From IMG/VR virus record IMGVR_UViG_3300047561_000672, positions 2,635 through 66,634 of that record: a stretch of DNA of 64,000 nt; one strand, given 5' to 3'. The translations under genes and the position numbers were made by a program. Every line of letters begins with the position of its first letter. The first letter of the stretch is position 1. The notes beneath the pieces are model-generated. The model was given only the letters and a program-made list of their open reading frames with translations, was not told the DNA's origin and ran no database searches. Origin of the DNA: a virus (taxonomy: Duplodnaviria > Caudoviricetes). This document shows, one piece after another, positions 8,171 to 16,659 of the stretch.

Positions 8171-8237
8171 TAAAACAAAAAAACATTGAACCCATTACAA
8201 AACACTACAAAACATTAAAAAAAAACATTGAACGTAT
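8171..8237. repeat. phased A-tract repeats
   Basis: AAAAAAACATTGAAC at 8177-8191 and 8219-8233; TACAAAACA at 8196-8204 and 8206-8214. Confidence 0.75.
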
Positions 8238-8263
8238 TGGTAAACTATGGGTCTATTAACAGT

Positions 8264-8578
8264 ATGAACAAATTTTCTGCTGTCATTGAGGGCATGGAAC
8301 AAGAGTACCTTCCTGCACCGAGAGGTGTAGAGGCTCCCATGAGCGACCTGAATCGCAGAACTACGGTCATTGAGGGGCTGCTGGGAAATCTCGGTGGTAA
8401 CGACCTGAGCCGTAGAACTACTTTTGCACAAGGGATAACAGGCGGATACATTAAGGGATCTGGGGAGATCCTGCGCGTATCGACAGCCTGCCCTGTGCAG
8501 GGCGATTGGATAGCCGCAATCGGGGAGAAATCCGACAAGGTCCACATTATTTCCAGTCGCCCAATTTTTAACCTATGA
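8264..8578 (+). CDS. hypothetical protein or structured RNA leader
   Basis: ATG ORF ending in an ATGA overlap, but the sequence also folds into many hairpins; contains a 21-nt imperfect repeat. Confidence 0.35.
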   Translation: MNKFSAVIEGMEQEYLPAPRGVEAPMSDLNRRTTVIEGLLGNLGGNDLSRRTTFAQGITGGYIKGSGEILRVSTACPVQGDWIAAIGEKSDKVHIISSRPIFNL

Positions 8579-8826
8579 AAAAACTACTAGCACTACTATT
8601 ACTGACAACCACTTGTTTAGGACAACGATACGAGTCATGGACTCAAAACAGTGATGGGACCACAAGTTATACCACTGGAAGGATAATTGTGTACCGAGAC
8701 ATCGATGCAGAATTGAGAGCCAGTGAGCAAGCATCATGGAATATGTATTTAAGGGTGGTGGAACGGGGGCATAAACAGACGCAAGATTACATAGACAAAA
8801 TAGAGGCAGAGCTTTCGGCCAAGTGA
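8575..8826 (+). CDS. secreted hypothetical protein
   Basis: Sec signal MKKLLALLLLTTTCLG-Q. Confidence 0.6.
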   Translation: MKKLLALLLLTTTCLGQRYESWTQNSDGTTSYTTGRIIVYRDIDAELRASEQASWNMYLRVVERGHKQTQDYIDKIEAELSAK

Positions 8827-9059
8827 AGCGATTGGTACCACTTCTAGTAATTGTGGTGTGTGGCGGGTGCGGCTATACGCAACTGTATCGCAAGGAACAA
8901 CCCCAGAACTTTCCTCCAGTTGCTGAATTCAACGCTGGCTTGGAGACATCGTGGATCAACGCTGTTGACAACTACAGGAAAGTAATGGCCCCCAACGGCA
9001 AGGTTTATGACCCAGTGATGAGAAACTACCAGCCAAAGTTGCATTCAATTACTCCATGA
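8823..9059 (+). CDS. putative lipoprotein
   Basis: MKRLVPLLVIVVCGG-C lipobox-like; GTGA/ATGA overlaps. Confidence 0.55.
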   Translation: MKRLVPLLVIVVCGGCGYTQLYRKEQPQNFPPVAEFNAGLETSWINAVDNYRKVMAPNGKVYDPVMRNYQPKLHSITP

Positions 9060-9703
9060 GCAACTATGCGCTTTTAAGTGATGGAAGGCTTGGAAATCAA
9101 CTTTCTAGACTTTACGGGGTTTATGCAACCTACGACACGATAGACAAACTATATTTTCCCCACTTTTTAAAATACAGCCACCACTTTAAATGTGATAAAC
9201 TTTGTTCAGATAGTGACTTTAACAACAATCTCTGTAATTTTATTGAAATAGACTGGTCATCCCACGGTTTGATTGATCCAGACAATTTTTTAAGCGAAAG
9301 ATTTTCCGATTTGTTCTTAAACAACAGCAGCCAAAGAATGGTCAACGAAATGGTTGATGAACTTCCCAAGGGTAATCTTATTGCGGTCCACATGCGCCAT
9401 GGGGATTACAAAGATTGGTGCAACGGAGAACAATACTTTACAAAAGAACAGTACATTGACAAGTTGATCGATACCATTGCCAATGCTGGAATCAACCAGC
9501 CCAATGTTGTGATATTTTCGGACGAACAACAGGATACGGGATACAAATTTTCTTGGGATATCACCAACGGAGACCCTGTTATTGACATGTATCTGATGAG
9601 TTACTTTAATTACTTCATCAGTAGCCATTCAACATTTTCTGGCATTGCTATTCAGTTGGCAAAAAGCCGAGGCAACTTTATTTCCAACTTTCAAATGGGA
9701 TAA
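9056..9703 (+). CDS. GT11 alpha-1,2-fucosyltransferase-like glycosyltransferase
   Basis: GRLGNQL, IAVHMRHGDY, IFSD and DMYLMS...I.S.STFS motifs of GT11. Confidence 0.85.
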   Translation: MSNYALLSDGRLGNQLSRLYGVYATYDTIDKLYFPHFLKYSHHFKCDKLCSDSDFNNNLCNFIEIDWSSHGLIDPDNFLSERFSDLFLNNSSQRMVNEMVDELPKGNLIAVHMRHGDYKDWCNGEQYFTKEQYIDKLIDTIANAGINQPNVVIFSDEQQDTGYKFSWDITNGDPVIDMYLMSYFNYFISSHSTFSGIAIQLAKSRGNFISNFQMG

Positions 9704-10017
9704 TGGACATCTACAATCCAGCCCAAACGCCTAGCCTCCTTCCCGTTGCTATGAATCCAATCATGGCACTCTCTGCACAATGCGGCAAAATATTCGTATC
9801 GGCAGAGCCACTGGCCATTGCGCCCCGCCTTGTGATGGATGTCGTGGCTGTCCTTGTTTTTGCAACGCTCGCACTGTGGGTGGAGGGAAAGATACGCATT
9901 CTTTACCTTGGAGTACTCGTTGTATTGCTTTGCGCGTTTAGGGGATGCTGCCCGCAGCCTGCCGCTTCTTTTTAACGGTTTGTTTGAACGCTTCAGTGTG
10001 GAATTTGTCTGATTCAT
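9691..10017 (-). CDS. HNH endonuclease
   Basis: CERC...DIHHKAGR...ALCRECHDWIH. Confidence 0.8.
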   Translation of the reverse strand: MNQTNSTLKRSNKPLKRSGRLRAASPKRAKQYNEYSKVKNAYLSLHPQCERCKNKDSHDIHHKAGRNGQWLCRYEYFAALCRECHDWIHSNGKEARRLGWIVDVHYPI

Positions 10018-10018
10018 T

Positions 10019-10249
10019 GTGATTACAGTAGAATGGAAAAAATACGACGAGGAAAAGCCGAAGAACCAAGGACATTACCTTATCATCATTGAGGACGCAA
10101 GTTACGATGGTAAAAAAAGTGGGTTTCCAAGGTTTGGAGATGTCGCTTACTACCATCCCGCCCACGGGTGGAGTGGCTCGGCCCACACGCTTGAACAATC
10201 GATCAACTATTGGGCAAAATTCCCATGGCCAGATTTAAGACTGTTGTAA
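10019..10249 (+). CDS. DUF551-like small protein
   Basis: WKK...P...G.YLI...AYY...GW...INYWAKFP pattern. Confidence 0.5.
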   Translation: MITVEWKKYDEEKPKNQGHYLIIIEDASYDGKKSGFPRFGDVAYYHPAHGWSGSAHTLEQSINYWAKFPWPDLRLL

Positions 10250-10455
10250 CCATCGTCAGTGAGGCTTTCAAATGCCCGATAGGTCCAAGGTTAAGACGGG
10301 GAACACCGATGCCAATGGAAAAACTTTACCAAGAGCGGGGAGGCTATTACTTTGATCCAGAGACAGAACTTGAGCTTGCCAATGAATGTGCTCAACAGTT
10401 TGAAAACTATATTACCGTAGCAGAAACATTAAAAAAGAAATCCAATAAAAAATGA
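10210..10455 (+). CDS. hypothetical protein
   Basis: Operon overlaps at both ends. Confidence 0.5.
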   Translation: MGKIPMARFKTVVTIVSEAFKCPIGPRLRRGTPMPMEKLYQERGGYYFDPETELELANECAQQFENYITVAETLKKKSNKK

Positions 10456-11399
10456 ACCTAGTATTTGCATACCACAATGGAGACGCACAGCTTGCACTTA
10501 AATCCGCGCAGGCTATTACTGCGATGGGGATCAATATGCGCCACAAGGCTACTGTGTGTTGCTCTAACAATACACTGTTAATCGATGAAATAACGCTTGA
10601 ACTGCAAAAGTCATTCCCGACTGTTGAGCGTCTCATTGCACAGGATGGATACAATGGGTGGCCACTCGGCCCCAACCAGATGTTCAGCGATGCATCTTCC
10701 CATTGCTATGCCACAGAAGAACCTTGGTACTTCTGGGAGCCAGATTGCGTTCCAATGGTTGAGCGTTGGATGGATAAACTTGAAGATGACTTCAATAGCA
10801 AGCCCGCTATTGTTGGATGCATGTACGAGGGAGGTATGGCCCCCAGCGGAAAGAATGTTTACAAGGCTATCGTCGGTAGTGCCGTCTATCCTCACAACGT
10901 CTTGGATTATTGCGACTTGGCCAAAAATCTAAACAACTACAATCTAGCCTATCGAAACGCTGGTGTGATTCCAGAACCTTGGGATATCTACTGCCGATGG
11001 GAGTTTATGGCTATTGGGCGTAATACTCCGTTGATTCGGGCTTATTGGCAGAGCGTCAACTATCAGTGGCAGGGCAATGACGTACGTTTTTACGCGCAAA
11101 GCCCAGAGGCCCATGAGATTCAAGAAGTAACGTGCCCTACTAGACTTGTAGACAAAGACGCTGCCGTGATCCATGGATGTAAGGATGGCTCACTCCATCA
11201 AATGGCTATTGATCGCTTTGAAATTACTCAACCAATTTTGAAAGAAAAAGATACTACTATCTCCGTTAAAACTCCTTTAAAACAAACAGAAGGAAGAAAG
11301 AAGCGGAACCTCAGTGACGAAGAAAGAAAAAGAAGGAGTGAGGCAATGAAAGCGATGGTTGCTAAAAGAAAGCAATCTTTGATTGAACGCTCGGCCTAG
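10452..11399 (+). CDS. putative GT-A-fold glycosyltransferase-like protein
   Basis: N-terminal VFAY strand, GWPLGPN and WYFWEPDCVP (DxD-like), IHGCKD; basic tail. Confidence 0.4.
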   Translation: MNLVFAYHNGDAQLALKSAQAITAMGINMRHKATVCCSNNTLLIDEITLELQKSFPTVERLIAQDGYNGWPLGPNQMFSDASSHCYATEEPWYFWEPDCVPMVERWMDKLEDDFNSKPAIVGCMYEGGMAPSGKNVYKAIVGSAVYPHNVLDYCDLAKNLNNYNLAYRNAGVIPEPWDIYCRWEFMAIGRNTPLIRAYWQSVNYQWQGNDVRFYAQSPEAHEIQEVTCPTRLVDKDAAVIHGCKDGSLHQMAIDRFEITQPILKEKDTTISVKTPLKQTEGRKKRNLSDEERKRRSEAMKAMVAKRKQSLIERSA

Positions 11400-11420
11400 T
11401 TGTGTGTCAAACCTCGTCAT

Positions 11421-12791
11421 ATGCAAGACATTATTTTTGAACCAGCAGCAGAAATGGCCATGCTTTCATGCTTGTGCCATGGGGGAGATGATACTCAATC
11501 GGAGATGATGGAGAAGCTTCGCGAGGACCACTTCTACACCCACGAAAACAGGCTCATATTCCAAGCGGCTATGCGTATTGCTGCCAAGAAGATCCACATC
11601 AACTGGGTCAACATTGAGGATGAACTCAAGGCCAACGATCATTTTGATCTGGTTGGAGGGAAGCCAAAGATCATTGAGATCAGCACGTTCTGTCCCAATG
11701 GCAAGAAGTGGAATCGGTATTTCCCAAAGTTGGAAGAAGCCCGCTATCGCCGTTCGCTAGAGACGTTGGCCAGTGATATTGTCCACAAGGCCAGAGACCG
11801 CCAAATCCATCTTCAAGAACTGAAGGAATGGAGCGAAAACTCAGTGATGAAGGCGGATTTCGTTATGGATAACGATGAAAGGCTCTGCGTCAAAAACTCG
11901 GTCAATACTGCGGCAGAGAACATTGAGTGCATGGCTCGTGGAGAGATGAAGCGTGGGCTTCCATGCGGAATTGGTGCTATTGATGATTTCCTAAACCTTG
12001 GGCTACGAGGCGGTGACATGGTAGTGCTTGCTGCCCGCCCATCAGTAGGAAAGTCATCTGCTGCCATGCAGATTGCAGAGCATGTTGCCTTGGACCTAAA
12101 GAAGCGTGTACTCGTATTCTCGCTAGAAATGACATCCACTTCTCTGATGGAGAGGATGATTCGCTCTAGGGCTAAGGTTCCAGTGGCAACGCTTCTGGCT
12201 AGAAGGGCAACTCGCGGACAACTCAACGACTTGAGCAATGCTACTCAAGAGATCATGGAGTCCAATATCTTGTGTGATGACAACGCTGGTAAATCCATTG
12301 GCTATATTAAGTCGATATCCCGCCGCGCCCACCAGAAAGAGCCGCTTGATATGATCATTATCGACTACCTCCAGCTTGTTAAGGGAGACAGTCGCAGGAG
12401 CAAGGACAACAGGACATGCGAGATTGAAGAGGTGAGCAATGGGGTCAAGGAACTAGCAAAGAGCCTCAATGTTCCAGTGATTGCATTGGCGCAATTGAAT
12501 CGTGACCCAGAAAAGCGGGGTGCAGGAAAGCCAGCAATGAGTGACCTCAAGGGATCGGGATCACTAGAGCAGGACGCCGACATTTGTATTCTGATGAATC
12601 TGGCTGAAGAAGATATCAACGCCTACAGCCAAACCCCCACCATTGAGTTTATCATTGCGAAACAACGCGAGGGTCCGACTGGAGTTGGCAAGATGGTCTT
12701 CTGTAAGAATATTACTCGCTTTGAGACTGTGCAGGATTTTTCCAGCAAAATGACGGAAATTGAAGAGTATGAGTATCCTGAACATCATTAG
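11421..12791 (+). CDS. dnaB: replicative DNA helicase DnaB
   Basis: VVLAARPSVGKS Walker A, FSLEM, IIIDYLQL, LAQLNR, GSGSLEQDADI. Confidence 0.96.
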   Translation: MQDIIFEPAAEMAMLSCLCHGGDDTQSEMMEKLREDHFYTHENRLIFQAAMRIAAKKIHINWVNIEDELKANDHFDLVGGKPKIIEISTFCPNGKKWNRYFPKLEEARYRRSLETLASDIVHKARDRQIHLQELKEWSENSVMKADFVMDNDERLCVKNSVNTAAENIECMARGEMKRGLPCGIGAIDDFLNLGLRGGDMVVLAARPSVGKSSAAMQIAEHVALDLKKRVLVFSLEMTSTSLMERMIRSRAKVPVATLLARRATRGQLNDLSNATQEIMESNILCDDNAGKSIGYIKSISRRAHQKEPLDMIIIDYLQLVKGDSRRSKDNRTCEIEEVSNGVKELAKSLNVPVIALAQLNRDPEKRGAGKPAMSDLKGSGSLEQDADICILMNLAEEDINAYSQTPTIEFIIAKQREGPTGVGKMVFCKNITRFETVQDFSSKMTEIEEYEYPEHH

Positions 12792-13317
12792 GAATATGGA
12801 CTGATACAGCGTTGTAGCATCCGCAAATACCGCATGCCTTCAACTGTCCATCTGACTCTGTAACTCTAGCTCCAGCAATAGCTGGGATTAGTCCAGCAAT
12901 CCCGCGACATCCCCAACATCCCGATGTTTCAATCTGATGGGGGCAGGCCGCACAGATCCTAGCCCTGCGTTCAGCCTCCTCTTGAGGAACTAACTTAAAT
13001 CTGCCCTTAGTAGAAAAGTCATACATTGCTTTAACCCATTGTACGATTTCACTGAACCCTATCTTTTGAGCAACTGTTGTGCACGGTTGGCAGTTTTCAC
13101 TACCAGCCAAACGGCTACACAAAGAGTTTTCAATCTGGGCAACAACGTCAACTGGAGGAATAATTCCACGTTCCATGAGAAGTTTTTTACATTTCTCCAC
13201 CATGTCCCAGAAATCACCACCATCAACCCTTGTGTCGGTTAAGGGACATATGCACCAAAATCCACCAGCAGGAACGCTGTTCTTTGCTGTATAACAAAAT
13301 TTAGGAATATCACTCAT
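12712..13317 (-). CDS. Cys-rich hypothetical protein
   Basis: RARICAACP...CWGC...CGICGC...CW motifs; lies downstream of TerS. Confidence 0.65.
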   Translation of the reverse strand: MSDIPKFCYTAKNSVPAGGFWCICPLTDTRVDGGDFWDMVEKCKKLLMERGIIPPVDVVAQIENSLCSRLAGSENCQPCTTVAQKIGFSEIVQWVKAMYDFSTKGRFKLVPQEEAERRARICAACPHQIETSGCWGCRGIAGLIPAIAGARVTESDGQLKACGICGCYNAVSVHIPNDVQDTHTLQFPSFCWKNPAQSQSE

Positions 13318-14092
13318 TGACTACAAGCTCTGCTTCAAAAACATTGTCAGTGGGAATCTTCATTGATTCAAGTTTGGTAGCAATATTGATTTGTACTTGA
13401 TTTGGAGAGTTTTGTCCATCGTTGAAGTTGATGGATGCGGCCTCTGCAAGCTGTTTGATGTTCCTCATCATACCGAGGGCTTCCATGCCGTCTAGATCTT
13501 GGGCGGCATCGGCGGCTTTTACCAACACCTGACCAGTGAGAAACTTAATGGATTTCTTCATAGCCTCTAACGAGGCCGTTAGATCGGAAAGAAGGGTTGG
13601 GACATTCTCGTTCTCCCAAGGGGCTGGTGCATTCTCATTGGTCAACCTATCCCGACATGCTTTCCACCTCTGAATATCAACCCATGCCCTGACCGTTGAG
13701 AAACTTACGTTTAGTTCTCTTGCGATATCGGCAACGCTCTGGCCCGCACAGTACATTGAGAACCCCTTAATACATTGGATACGCTTATCCTTATCCATGG
13801 TGGCCATGTCTGGAGGTGGAGGAGTCAGACTTACAACAACCTCTTTTTCCCAAGGGTAGGCCATCTCAACATCTGGGTTGTTCTTCCAAATCTCCTTGTG
13901 TTTATCCCACTTTTCGTTTAGGATAATCCCTTGCAAGTATTGCATCTTATCGATGCCCAACTCCTTTAAAACCTCCGAAAGTGGTCTATCTGCTACATAA
14001 AGCCTGAATGCACACTGTTTTTTGTAGCGTCCTTCTGGTGAATCCCAATCAGTTCTTTTCTTGACTTTTTTTTTAACTTCCATTGGGACCAT
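13310..14092 (-). CDS. terminase small subunit-like protein (two HTH domains)
   Basis: YCAGQSVADIARELNVSFSTVRAW...RW HTH typical of TerS N-termini; coiled C-terminus ending VQINIAT; abuts TerL. Confidence 0.55.
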   Translation of the reverse strand: MVPMEVKKKVKKRTDWDSPEGRYKKQCAFRLYVADRPLSEVLKELGIDKMQYLQGIILNEKWDKHKEIWKNNPDVEMAYPWEKEVVVSLTPPPPDMATMDKDKRIQCIKGFSMYCAGQSVADIARELNVSFSTVRAWVDIQRWKACRDRLTNENAPAPWENENVPTLLSDLTASLEAMKKSIKFLTGQVLVKAADAAQDLDGMEALGMMRNIKQLAEAASINFNDGQNSPNQVQINIATKLESMKIPTDNVFEAELVVNE

Positions 14093-14111
14093 TGTATTAT
14101 AAGTTTATTTT

Positions 14112-15962
14112 ATGGCAAACGAAATCCCAGATCAGGGGGCTGTAGAGAAATACGGGAGATTGTGGTATCCGCGCCAAGGTTCCAAGGTTACAGAACTCCG
14201 CATTGAATTGGATGCCTTTATGGCCAGCCTAACCCCAGAAGAAGGAGGTCTTGGTAAATCCCGCCACTACAAAAATATTGTTTCAGCCATATGGCCAACA
14301 TTTGCATGGCATAAATGGGCAGAACTCCGCGCACAGGCATTTTGTAAGAACAATGTGGACGAAGACCCAACCACAGGACAAAAGTACATCAGGGGGGTTG
14401 TGGGGCTTGCTGGCGGTACTGATTCTGGCAAGTCATGGGATATGGCAGCGTTTGCACTGGTCAACTGGTTTTCGGACCCGCTCAACACAATGTGTATTGT
14501 TGTTTCTACAAGTAAAATTGACGCAAAACAGCGCATTTGGTCGGCCCTAGTTAAAATGTACAGAGAGGCACAAGGACTTGGAATAGCTCCGGGTAGGCTC
14601 ATTGAGTCTATGGACATCATCAAGTTGTCCGATGAAGAGGGTAAGGTTATTGACCCAACGGTAGGGGTGTCCGATGCATCATCAATAATGTTGCTGGCTG
14701 CTGGTGACGAGTACAAGGATGACGCCCAAAAACGGTTGCAGGGTAAAAAGAACAGAAGGATCGTATTGATTATCGATGAATTGCAGGACTGTTCTGCATC
14801 CGTAATCAACGAGGCAATCTGGGGATTCAAAGGAGCACAGGAACTCTATATCGTCGGAGCAGGCAACCCATCGTCTATCTTTGACCCCCATGGGAAGTTT
14901 TGCGAACCAATCAAGGGTTGGATGAGTGTTGATGAGGATATGCCCAACTGGAAGATCAAGGTTGCTGGCATTGAGGGTATCTGTGTCAGATTTGACTCTG
15001 AAAGAGACAATCCAAACCAAGACTCATTCGGAAAAGGAAAGGGGCTTCGTTACCCCTTCCTTCCAAAACCCAACGATGTTGCTGTTGCAAAAAAGGAGTT
15101 GGGTGAGCTAAACCCTCAATATTGGAGGAAGTTCAGGGGATTTTGGCCTCCCGCCGATGCCGATGATTGCACCATTGTTTCAGACATCCTTCTCGCCCGC
15201 CATGGGGCTTTGGATAAACCAATATGGGATGGAGATCCTAAAGATATAGCTGGAATTGACCCAAGCTACACTGAAGGTGGAGATAGATTTGTGTTTACCC
15301 ACATGAAGTATGGAAGGTTGATAAGCGGGAAATGGGCAATAGCTGTTGAGAAACAGTATGTGCTAAATCGTCGGGCTGGAAGCCAAGAAGACTTTCAATA
15401 TGAAATGATTCAACAGATATCCGACCTATCCAAAAAACTCAACATTCCCAACCAATGGATGGGGGTTGATGCCTCTGCTGGTGGCATATTCTGGTCCATA
15501 GGTGAGAGAGAGTTGCTCAAGGGATGGCATGCTGTAAGTTTTGCTGGTGCGGCATCGGATTTAGCTGTTAGCGCACAGTACGCAATGAGGGATCAGACCA
15601 CAGGAAAACCTCAAGTCGGTAAGGACTTGTTCCACAACATGGCAAGCGAACTATGTTTTGTTGCACGATATTTCCTTGAGTGTGAACAACTTAAAGGAAT
15701 AACATCCGATCTGGCTTGGGAGATGACTCAACGTAAATATGCCCGCCGTGTCAGAAAGATCATCATTGAGTCAAAGACAGACATGAAAAAGCGCATAGGC
15801 AAGTCGCCCGATCTTTTTGATTCATTTGCAGTTGGATTGTTTGTGGCCCGCAAAGTATTTGGAGCAATGGCTGGTTCAGAAGCAATAGAAGAGAAGAAAC
15901 AAAAAAACATAAAGCTCTTCAAGGAAGTCAGACAAAACTTGACTTTAAAAACCAAATGGTAA
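14112..15962 (+). CDS. terL: terminase large subunit
   Basis: GGTDSGKS Walker A, VLIIDELQD Walker B, GNP, nuclease GIDPS..GGD and KSPDLFDS. Confidence 0.92.
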   Translation: MANEIPDQGAVEKYGRLWYPRQGSKVTELRIELDAFMASLTPEEGGLGKSRHYKNIVSAIWPTFAWHKWAELRAQAFCKNNVDEDPTTGQKYIRGVVGLAGGTDSGKSWDMAAFALVNWFSDPLNTMCIVVSTSKIDAKQRIWSALVKMYREAQGLGIAPGRLIESMDIIKLSDEEGKVIDPTVGVSDASSIMLLAAGDEYKDDAQKRLQGKKNRRIVLIIDELQDCSASVINEAIWGFKGAQELYIVGAGNPSSIFDPHGKFCEPIKGWMSVDEDMPNWKIKVAGIEGICVRFDSERDNPNQDSFGKGKGLRYPFLPKPNDVAVAKKELGELNPQYWRKFRGFWPPADADDCTIVSDILLARHGALDKPIWDGDPKDIAGIDPSYTEGGDRFVFTHMKYGRLISGKWAIAVEKQYVLNRRAGSQEDFQYEMIQQISDLSKKLNIPNQWMGVDASAGGIFWSIGERELLKGWHAVSFAGAASDLAVSAQYAMRDQTTGKPQVGKDLFHNMASELCFVARYFLECEQLKGITSDLAWEMTQRKYARRVRKIIIESKTDMKKRIGKSPDLFDSFAVGLFVARKVFGAMAGSEAIEEKKQKNIKLFKEVRQNLTLKTKW

Positions 15963-15978
15963 ATTATAGCTGCCATTT

Positions 15979-16335
15979 ATGCAGTTACCCATTGCCGAGG
16001 CAGACATAGCCATATTTCAAGGAGCGACATTCAACCAGACTCTGTACTACGAGACTGGTGATCCATCGGCTCCTGTGAATCTGACTGGTTATAGTGCAAA
16101 GATGCAGATTCGGTCAACCCCGCAATCCAAAGCCCTGATCCTTGAACTCAGTTCGCCTAGTTCTGGAATTACTCTTGGCGGGTCCACGGGATCGATCACT
16201 CTGACAATATCAGCAACCACTACAGCAACACTGAGCGCACAAGAGGCCGTCTACGATCTTGAATTGACTACTGGATCAACTGTCACTAGGATACTTCAAG
16301 GTAACGTAATCATTTCCCCAGAGGTAACACGATGA
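15979..16335 (+). CDS. LtfC/BppU-N-like beta-sandwich tail-associated protein (copy 1)
   Basis: IFQGATF...PVNLTGYSAKMQIR...GSITLTISAT.T...YDLEL...LQG. Confidence 0.65.
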   Translation: MQLPIAEADIAIFQGATFNQTLYYETGDPSAPVNLTGYSAKMQIRSTPQSKALILELSSPSSGITLGGSTGSITLTISATTTATLSAQEAVYDLELTTGSTVTRILQGNVIISPEVTR

Positions 16336-16655
16336 GCAGAATTTGTATCCCTATTCCTAGTTCCACTGTTATTGGTGTTTCTTCGACTCCAATCACAACT
16401 CCGAGTAACAACATTTTTCGTGTTGAGCCAACAATCACTGGACTCACTGGTGGTACTGCAACCGATCTTAACTCAATTGCAACTGCAAGCGGATCTACCT
16501 ATCCAACAAATATTTGTGTATTTCTACCAGCAATCAACCCGCCAGCAATCTATCAGTTGGTAGCTGGAACCAATGCCGCCAATTCTCCGTTTGTAATCCG
16601 TCCGCAAGACTATGCAACAACCACCAATGAAAAAGTGTGGATTCAAAGGGGTTAA
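16332..16655 (+). CDS. hypothetical structural-region protein
   Basis: ATGA overlap; Thr-rich. Confidence 0.6.
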   Translation: MSRICIPIPSSTVIGVSSTPITTPSNNIFRVEPTITGLTGGTATDLNSIATASGSTYPTNICVFLPAINPPAIYQLVAGTNAANSPFVIRPQDYATTTNEKVWIQRG

Positions 16656-16659
16656 TACA

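Noticed and set aside
8344-8421. Mini-CRISPR array (21-nt repeat, 36-nt spacer)
   Set aside because: Only two copies with 3 mismatches, too short and not palindromic; no cas operon nearby. Kept only as a structured-RNA observation
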